DNA from: Rickettsiales bacterium
GTDB lineage: Bacteria > Pseudomonadota > Alphaproteobacteria > Rickettsiales > SXRF01
Assembly (NCBI GenBank): GCA_025464625.1
Contig: JAOAUZ010000001.1
Coordinates: forward strand, 462,848 to 526,847
DNA: 64,000 nucleotides
Direction: 5' to 3'
How positions within the stretch are numbered: the first letter of the stretch is position 1; each line of letters starts with the position of its first letter. Positions 48,031 through 61,198 of this stretch are shown in pieces. A program made the translations under genes and the position numbers. Under the pieces are notes generated by a model. The model was given only the letters and a program-made list of their open reading frames with translations. It had not been told where the DNA came from and did not search any database.

Positions 48031-48141
48031 GACAATCCCTATCACGGTAAGATAGGCAATAAAAAAATGCCAAAATATAAATACCAAATAATTAAAAAGT
48101 AAATTTTAGTAACTAAATTTTTAAACAACGGACAGAACAAA

Positions 48142-48408
48142 ATGGCTAACCATAAGTCAGCAGAAAAAAGAATTCGCCAAACGGAGACCCGCACTGAAGT
48201 AAATAGCGCGCGTGTCAGCCGTATTCGTACCTTTGTAAAAAAGGTCGAAACAGCTATAGCTGCTGGCAAAAAATCTGAAGCACAGCAAGCTCTGAAAGAA
48301 GCTCAACCAGAGTTGATGCGTGGTGTTAGCAAGGGCGTTCTTAAAAAGGGTACGGTGTCTCGTAAAATGAGTCGTCTGTCCGCTCGGGTTAAAAATCTAG
48401 CTGCTTAA
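48142..48408 (+). CDS. rpsT: 30S ribosomal protein S20
   Basis: 88 aa starting [15 protein letters not shown]. Confidence 0.95.
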   Translation: MANHKSAEKRIRQTETRTEVNSARVSRIRTFVKKVETAIAAGKKSEAQQALKEAQPELMRGVSKGVLKKGTVSRKMSRLSARVKNLAA

Positions 48409-48506
48409 GTCTACAAGCTCCTTATATTTCTGATGTTTCATACCGCTGGCTAACAAGCGGACGCTATAACTTTGTCTTTTTTTACAACGGGTGATGGTGG
48501 TGTTCT

Positions 48507-49010
48507 ATGGCATTCAAGCTATCTACTAACTTATCTTCGGATAACTCTTTATTGGCACTTGCAGATGCAGCGTCACAGCGTAAAGCCAATGGCTTGGAAT
48601 ATGCTGGTGAAATTTATCCGCATGAAGCATTCGATTATGCCAGCAAGAATCCTTCGATTGTAGTTGACGTTCGTACAATTCCTGAATGGCAGTTTGTCGG
48701 CACTCCAGACCTTTCAAATACTCCAAGCAGGTTACTTACATTATCATGGAAACTATATCCGTCTTTTATACTAAACCCTAGTTTTATAGGCGATTTTATT
48801 GCCGAAACAGCAATTACCAAAGATGCGCCGCTGTTCTTTATTTGTCGCTCAGGCGGTCGGTCGCTTGATGCAGCAATTGCGATTACAGCAGAAGGATATA
48901 ACTATTGTTTTAATGTCATTGGTGGCTTTGAGGGCGAAGCCAACGGCAAGGGTCATCGTGGCACAGGGCAGGGATGGAAGCATGATGGCTTGCCATGGGT
49001 ACAAGGATGA
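48507..49010 (+). CDS. rhodanese-domain sulfurtransferase-like protein
   Basis: 167 aa. Active-site loop context [10 protein letters not shown]-terminus GWKHDGLPW. Confidence 0.8.
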   Translation: MAFKLSTNLSSDNSLLALADAASQRKANGLEYAGEIYPHEAFDYASKNPSIVVDVRTIPEWQFVGTPDLSNTPSRLLTLSWKLYPSFILNPSFIGDFIAETAITKDAPLFFICRSGGRSLDAAIAITAEGYNYCFNVIGGFEGEANGKGHRGTGQGWKHDGLPWVQG

Positions 49011-50461
49011 GTGACATGGCGTTATTACAACATTCATCAAATGAAACCATCGATGATTTATTGGCAGCGGCATGGCAGCGCGTAAGTAATAAACTTGCTG
49101 CTCGATTTGGTGATGCAGTATTTCGTAGCTGGCTTAAACCTATTTCTTTTGCTGGAAGCTCATCTGGGCATATAAAACTCAGCGTACCTACCCGCTTCAT
49201 GCGTGAATGGATTAACAAGAATTATATAGAAGAGATCCGTAACTTATGGGCAGAGGAAGCAATTTCAGAAGGGTATGCAATTGAGCTGATAATAGCCGAG
49301 TCAGCAAGCATGGATTCAACAAAACAATATGCTGCAACACCTCAAACGTTCAATGTTTTGACTCCGCAAAGCTGGCAGGCAGACCCTGCTCCTTCGCAGG
49401 AGGCTGCGCCGTTAGATATAGATGTTCAGATGGGCGCACCGCTTGACCCACGCTATACATTTGATAATTTTGTCGTTGGAAAACCTAATGAGCTGGCTCA
49501 TGCTGCGGCTAGACGTGTCGCAGAAACCGCAAACGTGGTGCAGGGCTGCAACCCATTATTTTTATATGGTGGTGTTGGTCTTGGCAAAACCCATCTTATG
49601 CACGCGATTGCGTGGCATATCCGTAAGAATAATCCTGAACGCAGGGTTTTGTATCTCTCTGCTGAAAAATTTATGTATCAATTCATCCGTGCCTTACGTT
49701 TCAAGGAAGCACTGGCATTTAAAGAACATTTCCGTTCCGTTGATGTGCTTATGATAGACGATGTGCAGTTTATCAGCGGCAAAGATTCCACTCAGGAAGA
49801 ATTTTTTCATACCTTCAATTCATTAGTTGATCAACATAAGCAATTGGTAATTTCTGGCGATCGTTCGCCCTCTGATTTAGAAGGTATTGAAGAAAGGGTG
49901 CGTTCGCGCCTTGGCTGGGGCTTGGTTGCCGATATACATTCCACAAGCTATGAATTGCGTTTAGGCATTCTGCAATCTAAAATAGAACAGATGCAGGGCG
50001 TAACCATTCCGCAAAAAGTTATGGAATTTTTAGCTCATAAAATCACTTCAAATGTCCGCGAACTTGAAGGTTCTCTAAACCGTGTAGTGGCACATGCAAC
50101 TTTGGTTGGTCGCCCGATAACACTGGAAACAACGCAGGAAGTTCTGCATGATTTATTGCGCGCTAATGACCGCCGTATTTCTGTTGAAGATATTCAAAAA
50201 CAAGTTGCCAGCCATTATAATATTAAAATTTCTGATATGCATTCGGCAAGGCGTGCGCGCCAAGTTGCAAGACCACGTCAAGTGGCAATGTATCTCTCTA
50301 AGAAATTCACCAGCAAAAGTCTTCCAGAAATCGGCAGGCGTTTTGGTGGCAAGGATCACACAACAGTTATGCATGCTGTAAAAAAAGTAGAGGAGCTTAT
50401 GGCTTCTGATCATGAATTTTCACAAGATGTTGAAATGCTCAGCCGCCTGTTGCAAAGTTAG
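48995..50461 (+). CDS. dnaA: chromosomal replication initiator DnaA
   Basis: AAA+ motif [16 protein letters not shown]-terminal DNA-binding [11 protein letters not shown]. Start is ambiguous (ATG 48995, 49007 or 49016); all overlap or abut the rhodanese stop at 49008-49010. Confidence 0.95.
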   Translation: MGTRMSDMALLQHSSNETIDDLLAAAWQRVSNKLAARFGDAVFRSWLKPISFAGSSSGHIKLSVPTRFMREWINKNYIEEIRNLWAEEAISEGYAIELIIAESASMDSTKQYAATPQTFNVLTPQSWQADPAPSQEAAPLDIDVQMGAPLDPRYTFDNFVVGKPNELAHAAARRVAETANVVQGCNPLFLYGGVGLGKTHLMHAIAWHIRKNNPERRVLYLSAEKFMYQFIRALRFKEALAFKEHFRSVDVLMIDDVQFISGKDSTQEEFFHTFNSLVDQHKQLVISGDRSPSDLEGIEERVRSRLGWGLVADIHSTSYELRLGILQSKIEQMQGVTIPQKVMEFLAHKITSNVRELEGSLNRVVAHATLVGRPITLETTQEVLHDLLRANDRRISVEDIQKQVASHYNIKISDMHSARRARQVARPRQVAMYLSKKFTSKSLPEIGRRFGGKDHTTVMHAVKKVEELMASDHEFSQDVEMLSRLLQS

Positions 50462-50514
50462 TTTTCACTGTTATAGTTGCATTAATATAAACCTCTAATT
50501 GATAAGAAGATGTT

Positions 50515-51630
50515 ATGAAGTTTGTTATTGAACGCGCTAATTTGTTAAAGAGTCTTGGACATGTGCAGTCGGTCGTTGAGAAACGTGGCACTATTGCTGT
50601 TTTATCTAATATAAAAATTGATGCGAAGGGCAGTGAAGTGGCTCTCACCGCCACTGATATGGATATTGCCGTGGTCGAAAAAGTTACCGCAGAAGTAAAT
50701 AAATCTGGTTCAACCACCGTTCCCGCACACACATTTTATGACATTGTTCGCAAACTTCCAGAAGGAACACAAATCGAATTAACCACCAGTGATGATGGCG
50801 GCAAAGTTGCCATTCGTTCTGGACAATCACGCTTTTCATTAGCCTGCTTGCCGATTGATGATTTTCCTGTGATGGCTGAGGGTGAATTCACTCATAATTT
50901 TACACTAAAATCTGCTGAGTGTATGGCACTGATTGCCAAACCGAGCTTTGCAATTTCCAATGAAGAAACACGTTATTATCTAAATGGTATTTATTTCCAT
51001 GTTGCTGGTGGTGGAGATGGGAAAGTTCTGCGCGCGGTTGCCACTGATGGTCACCGCCTTGCACGCATTGAAGTTGCTGTTCCTGCTGGTGCTGATGGTA
51101 TGCCGGGGGTTATCGTGCCGCGCAAAGCTATTCAGGAATTACGCAAGCTGTTAGAAGCAGGTGAGGGCGATGTTGAAGTTTCACTATCAGAAACAAAAAT
51201 TCGTTTTGTTTATGGTGATGCCGTACTGGTGTCAAAGTTAATTGACGGCAATTTCCCAGATTATGAAAGGGTTATTCCTTCAGCTAATGAAAAACTCATG
51301 GAAGTTGATTGCAAAATTTTTAAAGATGCTGTTGACCGCGTATCGGTTATTTCCTCGGAAAAATCACGGGCGATTAAATTGCAACTAGAAAATGGAAAAC
51401 TGACTCTCACGGCTGGCAGTGGTGATCAGGTGGCATCAGAAGAAATAGATATAACTTATTCTTCTACGCCAATCGAAATTGGCTTTAATTCACGTTATTT
51501 GCTGGATATGATGACACAGATTGACGGTGATACCGCACAATTTTTATTAAATGACGGTAATTCGCCAGCACTTGTGCGCGACACGGCAGACGTTGGCGCA
51601 CTTTATGTTATCATGCCGATGCGGGTATGA
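50515..51630 (+). CDS. dnaN: DNA polymerase III beta sliding clamp
   Basis: 371 aa starting MKFVIERANLLKSL and ending YVIMPMRV. Confidence 0.95.
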   Translation: MKFVIERANLLKSLGHVQSVVEKRGTIAVLSNIKIDAKGSEVALTATDMDIAVVEKVTAEVNKSGSTTVPAHTFYDIVRKLPEGTQIELTTSDDGGKVAIRSGQSRFSLACLPIDDFPVMAEGEFTHNFTLKSAECMALIAKPSFAISNEETRYYLNGIYFHVAGGGDGKVLRAVATDGHRLARIEVAVPAGADGMPGVIVPRKAIQELRKLLEAGEGDVEVSLSETKIRFVYGDAVLVSKLIDGNFPDYERVIPSANEKLMEVDCKIFKDAVDRVSVISSEKSRAIKLQLENGKLTLTAGSGDQVASEEIDITYSSTPIEIGFNSRYLLDMMTQIDGDTAQFLLNDGNSPALVRDTADVGALYVIMPMRV

Positions 51631-52181
51631 TGCGTTTATTTATAAAGCTAAGAAATTTTTTAACTCTTCCTGTACTTTCCTTGTGCTTGCTATCCTGTAT
51701 CTATGTTGAAGATATTGGCGATTATTGGGATAAAGGAATAATCGACCAAGCAGTGTCTGGATCGTGGAAAAGCAGTGATAGTGATGATTGTTCAATGTTT
51801 GTTATTAACGGTGACAATTATCAGGTTATAGAAAAAGGTAAGAAGGAAAACTCTCTTTATCGAACTTTGCCATTGGGTGATAATACATTTCTTATGGTAA
51901 AGGATGAGAAAGGCAAATATTTGCTCATAAAATATCAAATTTCTGATAATAATTTTATTACATACATGCCAGATGAGGTAAAGAAAGATGAATTTCTGCG
52001 TGATTACCCTGACTCAGATATTGTAATCAGCGATGAGAAATTTCCAACCGCTACAATTAAACATTTAGATGAAAAAACAGCGGAATTACTACAAAAAATC
52101 GCCGATGATAAAACCTATTGGAAGGTGGCTTCAACACAGCACCGCGTAGAAAGCTGCAAAGAATCAAATGCAAAGCATTGA
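51627..52181 (+). CDS. hypothetical lipoprotein inserted between dnaN and recF
   Basis: 184 aa. Lipobox LLSC. The ATG overlaps the dnaN stop (ATGA) and the 3' end overlaps the recF start by 14 nt. Confidence 0.6.
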   Translation: MMRLFIKLRNFLTLPVLSLCLLSCIYVEDIGDYWDKGIIDQAVSGSWKSSDSDDCSMFVINGDNYQVIEKGKKENSLYRTLPLGDNTFLMVKDEKGKYLLIKYQISDNNFITYMPDEVKKDEFLRDYPDSDIVISDEKFPTATIKHLDEKTAELLQKIADDKTYWKVASTQHRVESCKESNAKH

Positions 52182-53367
52182 TACAATTGATTGTTCTGAA
52201 GAACTAATATCAAAAAAATCTTTTGATAACTCAAATATCAAAAAACTTTCTCTTTCTTCTCTATCACTTTCAAATTTTAGAAATTATGAATATGCGCGGA
52301 TTGAAGTATTGCCATCTCCTGTGGTGCTTACTGGGGCGAATGGCTCAGGAAAAACTAATATATTAGAAGCTATTTCTCTGCTTTCCATTGGGCGTGGGTT
52401 ACGCCGTGCGAAACTTTCTGAGCTTGATAGCATTTCACCAAATACAGGAATGGCATGGGCAGTTTCAGCCAACATAAACGGTCGTATGGGAGAAGTAAAA
52501 ATTGGCACGGGTAGGGATAATGAAAGCATAGATAATGCAGATAAACGCATCGTAAAAATTAATGGTAAAATTACGCGTGGACAGGCGGAATTATCACGCC
52601 ATGTATCGCTTATCTGGCTTACTCCGCAGATGGAACAATTATTTGTAGAAGGAGCATCAGCGGGGCGAAAGTTTCTTGACAGGCTGGTGTTTGGCTTTGA
52701 CGCAGAACATGCCTCCCGCGTGAATGAATATGATTATGCCATGCGCGAGCGCAACAAACTGCTGCAATATGGAAGGGCAGATGCAAGTTGGTTAGACACA
52801 CTGGAACAAAAAATGGCAGAATGTGCTACAGCAATAGCAATTGCAAGGCTTTCCACCTGCGAACATATAAACCACACCATCTCTGCATCAAACCTCAGTT
52901 TTCCAAAGGCACATATTGATGTTTCAGGTTTTGTAGAAGATTTGTTAAAAAGTGGCAGCTCTGCCTTGGAGGCAGAAAATACGACAAAAACTGCTTTGGA
53001 AAATGGTCGAAATCAGGATGCCATAACTGGTAGAACTCGAATAGGAACTCACCGTAGTGAGCTGCGCGTAACCCATATTGAAAAAAATATGCAGGCAGAA
53101 AATTGCTCAATGGGTGAACAAAAGGCTTTGATGCTATCAATTATACTAGCGCAAGCGCGCTCTGGTGCTATATGGTATGGGGTTATTCCAATAATATTAT
53201 TGGATGAAGTGGCTGGTCATCTGGATGCAACAAGAAGGCTTGAATTATTCGAGGAAATCTGCCAAATTGGGGCGCAAACTTGGATGACTGGCACAGACTC
53301 ACATTTATTTGAAGGTTTGCAAGAAAAGGCACAGTTTTTTCAGGTTGATAACGGGAAGATTTTTTAA
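52168..53367 (+). CDS. recF: DNA replication and repair protein RecF
   Basis: 399 aa with LSNFRNY, Walker A GANGSGKTNILEA, signature SMGEQKALMLS and LLDEVAGHLD. Carries an N-terminal extension of about 25 aa. Confidence 0.9.
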   Translation: MQSIDTIDCSEELISKKSFDNSNIKKLSLSSLSLSNFRNYEYARIEVLPSPVVLTGANGSGKTNILEAISLLSIGRGLRRAKLSELDSISPNTGMAWAVSANINGRMGEVKIGTGRDNESIDNADKRIVKINGKITRGQAELSRHVSLIWLTPQMEQLFVEGASAGRKFLDRLVFGFDAEHASRVNEYDYAMRERNKLLQYGRADASWLDTLEQKMAECATAIAIARLSTCEHINHTISASNLSFPKAHIDVSGFVEDLLKSGSSALEAENTTKTALENGRNQDAITGRTRIGTHRSELRVTHIEKNMQAENCSMGEQKALMLSIILAQARSGAIWYGVIPIILLDEVAGHLDATRRLELFEEICQIGAQTWMTGTDSHLFEGLQEKAQFFQVDNGKIF

Positions 53368-55797
<2,430 letters not shown>

Positions 55798-55806
55798 TTA
55801 TCATAT

Positions 55807-55892
55807 TGTCATTCCGAGCATATGTAAGGAATCTTTACTTTGTTTTTATAATGCAAAGATTCTTCGGTGCTTGCGCTTCGCTCAGGATGACA
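55807..55892. repeat. palindromic intergenic element overlapping the meaB 3' end
   Basis: TGTCATTCCGAG...CTCAGGATGACA with a core related to 3054-3124. The last three codons and the stop of meaB (MSS*) lie in the right arm. Confidence 0.8.
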
Positions 55893-56844
55893 TAGTTAGC
55901 AGCTCGAGAGCGGCTTGCGTTGGTGATTTTTTGCCAGCTTCGACATCAGATTCCATTTTTGTTATTTGCGCGGAAATGCTAGGGTGGTTGATGAATCTTG
56001 AAATCATGGTTTCTTTGATTTCTTTCCACATCCAAGAAATGGCTTGGTGAGCGCGTTTTTTTTCTAGCTCACCTGACTTACGCATTTCTTTTTCAAACTC
56101 TCTGGCAGTTTGCCAAACTTCATCAACACCTTGATTATTAAGGGCAGAGCAAGTGAGAACTTGTGGATTCCAATGCGCTGAAGCGGGGTGGAGCATCCGC
56201 AGCGCAGCTTTATAATCACCCTGCACACGCTTTGCACCAGCCACTAAATCACCATCAGCTTTATTGACAACAACTAAGTCAGCGAGTTCAACGATACCTT
56301 TTTTAATGCCCTGCAATTCATCACCACTAGCTGGAAGAAGCAGTAACATGAACATATCAACCATATCAGCAACTTCAATTTCTGACTGACCTACACCAAC
56401 AGTTTCCACAATAATTACATCATAACCAGCCGCTTCACAGAGAAGCATCGCCTCACGCGTGCGCCGTGCTACACCACCAAGCGAACCAGCAGTAGGCGAT
56501 GGACGGATAAAAGCTGATTCATGTTGAGAGAGCTTTGCCATACGGGTTTTGTCACCAAGAATTGAACCACCTGTTTTTGTGCTGGAAGGGTCAATCGCAA
56601 GAACCGCCACCTTGTGACCTTGCGAAATTACATGCAGCCCGAATGCTTCTATAAAAGTTGATTTACCAACCCCTGGTACGCCAGTTATTCCGATACGCAG
56701 CGACTTACCAGTTTGCGGTAAGATTTTTGCGATTAAATCTTGTGCTGCTTTTTGATGATCATCACGGGTAGATTCTACCAGAGTAATTTCTCTGGCAAGT
56801 TTAGCGCGAGTAAATTCAAGGTTATCAAACTCCATTGGAGTCAC
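55882..56844 (-). CDS. meaB: MeaB/ArgK-type G3E GTPase (methylmalonyl-CoA mutase chaperone family)
   Basis: 320 aa with GVPGVGKST, DPSSTKTGGSILGDKTRM and NKADGD. Confidence 0.88.
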   Translation of the reverse strand: MTPMEFDNLEFTRAKLAREITLVESTRDDHQKAAQDLIAKILPQTGKSLRIGITGVPGVGKSTFIEAFGLHVISQGHKVAVLAIDPSSTKTGGSILGDKTRMAKLSQHESAFIRPSPTAGSLGGVARRTREAMLLCEAAGYDVIIVETVGVGQSEIEVADMVDMFMLLLLPASGDELQGIKKGIVELADLVVVNKADGDLVAGAKRVQGDYKAALRMLHPASAHWNPQVLTCSALNNQGVDEVWQTAREFEKEMRKSGELEKKRAHQAISWMWKEIKETMISRFINHPSISAQITKMESDVEAGKKSPTQAALELLTMSS

Positions 56845-57137
56845 TCTGCATTAACTTGCTCTTTGAGCTTGTCAGGATCGGTTTGGTACATTTCCGCAAC
56901 TTTTATGGTAATTTCATCAGGTGGTGATTTACCAACACCAGACACTATAATTTCACCATATGGCGCGAATTGATACAGATTCAACGCCCCGTCTTTTTGG
57001 GCGGTTATAAATGCCTGATATTGGCTTGGTTTAACAGCGACAAACACCCAGAAAGGATTATTATCCTCAAGCAAACCATACACCAAAACAATGGTGCGCG
57101 TTAAATCTGGGTTATTTACTGGTTTATCGGTCATCAA
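56841..57137 (-). CDS. hypothetical protein, translationally coupled to meaB
   Basis: 98 aa. Its stop overlaps the meaB start by 4 nt, and it begins 15 nt after the acnA stop. No motif recognised. Confidence 0.55.
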   Translation of the reverse strand: MMTDKPVNNPDLTRTIVLVYGLLEDNNPFWVFVAVKPSQYQAFITAQKDGALNLYQFAPYGEIIVSGVGKSPPDEITIKVAEMYQTDPDKLKEQVNAE

Positions 57138-57152
57138 TTTTTTTTGATATGT

Positions 57153-59819
57153 TTATGCAGATTTCAACAAATTCTTAATAGTATATTGTAAAATACCACC
57201 ATTTTTATAGTATTCCAGCTCATCAAGCGTGTCAATGCGACAGAGCAGAGGCACTGTTTTGGTGGTTTTATCCTTATACTCTATTAACATATTAACCTGC
57301 ATGCGTGGCTTTATTCCTGCCTTCAGACCAGTAAGGCTAATAATTTCATCACCTGTCAGGTTAAGGCTTTTGCGGGTGGTATCACCTTGGAAGGTAAGTG
57401 GCAAAATACCCATACCAACCAAATTTGAACGATGGATGCGCTCAAAACTTTCCGAAATTACAGCTTCAATACCAAGCAGTTTTGTGCCTTTTGCTGCCCA
57501 ATCGCGTGATGAACCAGTACCATATTCTTTACCAGCGAACACCACTAATTTTGTACCGTCTGCTTTATATTTCATCGCAGCGTCATAGATACTCATTTTG
57601 CTACCGTTATAAAGGGTGTTGCCACCTTCTTCACCGCCGAGCATTTCGTTTTTAATGCGAATATTGGCGAATGTTCCGCGCATCATAACATCATGCCCGC
57701 CACGACGTGCGCCATAGGAATTGAAATCAGCTGGAGTTACGCCTTTTTCACCTAGATATTTAGCAGCAGGGCTGGTTTTAGAAATATTCCCCGCAGGTGA
57801 AATATGGTCAGTGGTGATAGAATCACCAAAAATAGCCAAAATTCTAGCTTTTTCTATATCATGGGTAGAATCAGTTGCGCCCGCCTGCAAGCCCACAAAA
57901 TATGGCGGGTTTTGGATATAGGTACTTTTTGCATCCCAATTATAAGTTTTGCCTTTGCCAGCAGGTATTGCCTGCCAAGCCTTTTCACCAGCAAACACGT
58001 CAGCATATTTCTTAGCGAACATTTCTGCGGTTACACATTTCATAACTGTATCAGCAACTTCTTTATTACTCGGCCAGATGTCTTTTAAGTAAACTGGTTT
58101 ACCGTCAGAGCCTGTGCCAATTGCATCTTTGGTGATGTCGATATTCATGCTGCCAGCCAGAGCATAAGCAACAACAAGTGGTGGTGAAGCAAGATAGTTT
58201 GCTTTTACCAATTGGTGAACACGACCTTCGAAATTGCGATTTCCTGAAAGCACAGAAGCCACCACTAAACCTTTATCTTTTATCTCGGCTTCAATCTCAT
58301 CTTTAAGAGGCCCTGAATTTCCTATGCAAGTGGTGCAACCATAACCAACTAAATTAAAGCCAAGCACATCTAAAGCTTTATTGAGTCCTGATTGTTCCAA
58401 ATATTCTGTTACAACTTTTGAACCTGGTGCGAGCGAAGTTTTAACCCATGTTTTTGGTTTCAAACCTTTGGCAGCAGCATTGCGAGCAACCAGACCAGCA
58501 GCCATCATAACATAAGGATTGGATGTATTAGTGCAGCTTGTTATCGCAGCGATTACCACGCTACCATGCCCAAGTTTATCAGTCGGCAATTGTTTATTAT
58601 CAGTTTTGTTATCTTTATTCAGTTCAGGCAATGCGCTCTCAAATGAATTTTTAGCAGCAGATAAAAGAACTTTATCCTGCGGGCGTTTTGGTCCAGCAAG
58701 GCATGGCTCAACACTTCCCATATCCAACTCTAAAACATCAGTGAATATTGGGTCTGCATAATTTTCATCTCGCCACATTCCTTGCGCCTTGGCATAAGCC
58801 TCAACCAGTGCCACGCGTTGTGGTTCACGGCTGGTTAGTTTCAAATAGTTGATGGTTTCAGAATCGATTGGGAATATACCACAAGTTGCGCCATATTCAG
58901 GTGCCATATTGGCGATGGTTGCACGATCAGCAAGTGGCATATTATCCAAACCAGAGCCAAAAAATTCTACGAATTTACCAACCACACCTTTTTTACGCAG
59001 CATCTGCGTTACAGTGAGTACAAGGTCAGTTGCAGTAGTACCTTCTTTTAATTTGCCTGTTAATTTAAAACCAACAACTTCTGGAATAAGCATGGATACT
59101 GGCTGTCCGAGCATAGCTGCTTCGGCTTCAATTCCGCCAACACCCCAACCAAGAACACCAAGACCATTTATCATAACGGTATGGCTGTCAGTTCCAACAA
59201 GCGTATCAGGATATGCCACGTCACCATCCAGCCACACAGCCTGCGCCAGATATTCCAGATTCACCTGATGGCAAATACCAGTTCCAGGGGGAACAACGCG
59301 GAAATTATTAAAGGCATTTTGTCCCCAACGCAGAAATTCATAACGCTCTTTATTGCGTTCCATTTCTAGCGATACGTTTTTGTCAAAGGCATTAGCATCA
59401 CCATAATTATCAACCATCACAGAGTGGTCAATAACAAGATCCACAGGCGAAAGTGGATTAATTTTCTCAGCATCACCGCCAAGTTTCTGCATAGCATCAC
59501 GCATCGCTGCCAAATCAACCACGGCTGGAACACCTGTAAAATCCTGCATAAGAACGCGGGCGGGACGGAAAGCTATCTCGCGCTCAGAGGTTTTATCTTT
59601 TATCCAAGTGGCAAATGCTTTAATATCATCGGCACTTACACTAACATTATCTTCATAACGGAGTAAATTTTCTAACAGTACCTTAAGGCTATATGGCAAA
59701 CGGCTTGCTTGCTCACCCAACGTTTTATAGGCTGCGGGCAAACTGTAATATTCATATTGCTTACCACCAACATTTAGTGATGATTTTGCACCAAAAGAAT
59801 TCTTACTCTTGTTTTTCAC
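57153..59819 (-). CDS. acnA: aconitate hydratase A
   Basis: 888 aa. Fe-S ligand contexts [10 protein letters not shown] and [12 protein letters not shown]; C-terminal swivel domain. Confidence 0.96.
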   Translation of the reverse strand: MKNKSKNSFGAKSSLNVGGKQYEYYSLPAAYKTLGEQASRLPYSLKVLLENLLRYEDNVSVSADDIKAFATWIKDKTSEREIAFRPARVLMQDFTGVPAVVDLAAMRDAMQKLGGDAEKINPLSPVDLVIDHSVMVDNYGDANAFDKNVSLEMERNKERYEFLRWGQNAFNNFRVVPPGTGICHQVNLEYLAQAVWLDGDVAYPDTLVGTDSHTVMINGLGVLGWGVGGIEAEAAMLGQPVSMLIPEVVGFKLTGKLKEGTTATDLVLTVTQMLRKKGVVGKFVEFFGSGLDNMPLADRATIANMAPEYGATCGIFPIDSETINYLKLTSREPQRVALVEAYAKAQGMWRDENYADPIFTDVLELDMGSVEPCLAGPKRPQDKVLLSAAKNSFESALPELNKDNKTDNKQLPTDKLGHGSVVIAAITSCTNTSNPYVMMAAGLVARNAAAKGLKPKTWVKTSLAPGSKVVTEYLEQSGLNKALDVLGFNLVGYGCTTCIGNSGPLKDEIEAEIKDKGLVVASVLSGNRNFEGRVHQLVKANYLASPPLVVAYALAGSMNIDITKDAIGTGSDGKPVYLKDIWPSNKEVADTVMKCVTAEMFAKKYADVFAGEKAWQAIPAGKGKTYNWDAKSTYIQNPPYFVGLQAGATDSTHDIEKARILAIFGDSITTDHISPAGNISKTSPAAKYLGEKGVTPADFNSYGARRGGHDVMMRGTFANIRIKNEMLGGEEGGNTLYNGSKMSIYDAAMKYKADGTKLVVFAGKEYGTGSSRDWAAKGTKLLGIEAVISESFERIHRSNLVGMGILPLTFQGDTTRKSLNLTGDEIISLTGLKAGIKPRMQVNMLIEYKDKTTKTVPLLCRIDTLDELEYYKNGGILQYTIKNLLKSA

Positions 59820-59932
59820 ATTATTCTCCTTATTAAATACGCTAACTAGTGTATATCAAACAGTTTATTAATCAGACACTATAGCATTAATGATAAAGTG
59901 TTAAATCTTCGTTAGCATGGGCAGGTAAAGTA

Positions 59933-60550
59933 ATGTTAATATGTCAAAATTTAAGCTGTGTGCGTGGAAATAGCATCATTTTTGAGCATTTAGGCTTTTG
60001 TTTACAGGAAGGCACTTTATTGCTGCTAAAAGGGGCAAATGGCTCTGGAAAGACAACTTTACTGCGAATTTTATCAGGATTGCTACCCGCTGACTCAGGT
60101 GACATATTATGGGACGGTCATTCGATTAAGGATAATAATGAGTTCAAACGTGAATTAATGGTTATTGGTCATAAGAGCGGTGTAAAGGGCGATGCCACTG
60201 TCTTTGAAAACCTAGAATTCTGGGCAAAGCTATATGATACCGAACTATTAATCCCAGCGGCGATGTCTTTTTATAATTTGGGTCGCTTTGCCGATGTGCC
60301 AGCATCACAGCTTTCCGCTGGCTGGCAAAGGCGTATTGCCCTTGCGCGATTAATTGTTTCTCCATGCAAACTATGGCTGCTTGATGAGCCAACTAATTTT
60401 CTCGATGAAGATGCAGTAATTCTAACCGCAAGCCTAATTGAAGCCAGAGTAAAACAGGGTGGAATAGTCGTTGTTGCCTCACATATTATGAATTCTGCAA
60501 TCGCTGCCCATACCATATGGATGGGTGATTTCAGACGGGAGGAAAAATGA
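59933..60550 (+). CDS. ccmA: heme exporter ATP-binding protein CcmA
   Basis: 205 aa with [12 protein letters not shown] and LSAGWQRRIALARL, followed by ccmB with a 4-nt overlap. Confidence 0.9.
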   Translation: MLICQNLSCVRGNSIIFEHLGFCLQEGTLLLLKGANGSGKTTLLRILSGLLPADSGDILWDGHSIKDNNEFKRELMVIGHKSGVKGDATVFENLEFWAKLYDTELLIPAAMSFYNLGRFADVPASQLSAGWQRRIALARLIVSPCKLWLLDEPTNFLDEDAVILTASLIEARVKQGGIVVVASHIMNSAIAAHTIWMGDFRREEK

Positions 60551-61194
60551 GAATTTTCTTACTCATCCTCTCGCAATCACTAAAACTTTCTTTCCGCAAG
60601 GGTGGAGGTGCGCTGGGAGCATGTGCGTTTTACGTTATCGTGGTTACGCTTTTCACCTTTGCCATAGGTCCTCAAGCTATGAGTAAATATGCAACGTCAA
60701 TTATGTGCATCAGCATGTTGCTCGCCACTATCACCACCTTGCCATTGTTATTTGAACGTGATTATGAAGATGGGACACTGGAACAATTTTTGTTACAACC
60801 AGTTTTATTAGAATTATTAGTTGCGGCAAAAATCTGCGGGCAGTGGTGTTCACACATCATACCAATATTATTAGTATCACCACTGCTTGCTGTCACAGCG
60901 GATTTATCATTTGAACAGACATTAAACACAATGGTTGTATTGTTACTGGCTTCACCCACTATGGTGGCGCTAGGAGCGATTGGCGCAGCGCTTACCATCG
61001 GCAGTAAACGCGGTGGTCTGCTGCAAGCATTGGTGGTTATGCCTCTTTATATACCAGTTTTGATATTCGCATCTGCAAGCGGACAAAACAGCACAGGGCA
61101 GGGGAGTTTGCTATTTCTAAGCGGGATGTTGTTTGTCAGCCTACCACTTGCCTGTTATGTTTGCTCTGCTCTGATACGAGCGAACGACGATTAG
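60547..61194 (+). CDS. ccmB: heme exporter membrane protein CcmB
   Basis: 215 aa, six TM segments, with FERDYEDGTLEQ. Confidence 0.9.
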   Translation: MRIFLLILSQSLKLSFRKGGGALGACAFYVIVVTLFTFAIGPQAMSKYATSIMCISMLLATITTLPLLFERDYEDGTLEQFLLQPVLLELLVAAKICGQWCSHIIPILLVSPLLAVTADLSFEQTLNTMVVLLLASPTMVALGAIGAALTIGSKRGGLLQALVVMPLYIPVLIFASASGQNSTGQGSLLFLSGMLFVSLPLACYVCSALIRANDD

Positions 61195-61198
61195 CAGA

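Noticed and set aside
47831-48269. Minus-strand ORFs 47831..48073 and 48042..48269
   Set aside because: They lie in the AT-rich GST-rpsT spacer and antisense to rpsT. Their composition (Phe/Tyr/Ile/Cys) looks like chance ORFs in AT-rich DNA, and there is no SD.
48409-48506. Possible rpsT terminator (CCGCT-ggctaaca-AGCGG followed later by a T run)
   Set aside because: The stem is only 5 bp and the T run is 18 nt away from it, so it is not a convincing intrinsic terminator.
59888-59896. Fur-box-like TAATGATAA in the acnA-ccmA divergent promoter region
   Set aside because: Only half of the 19-bp consensus matches and the second half-site is absent, so I cannot support a Fur site.
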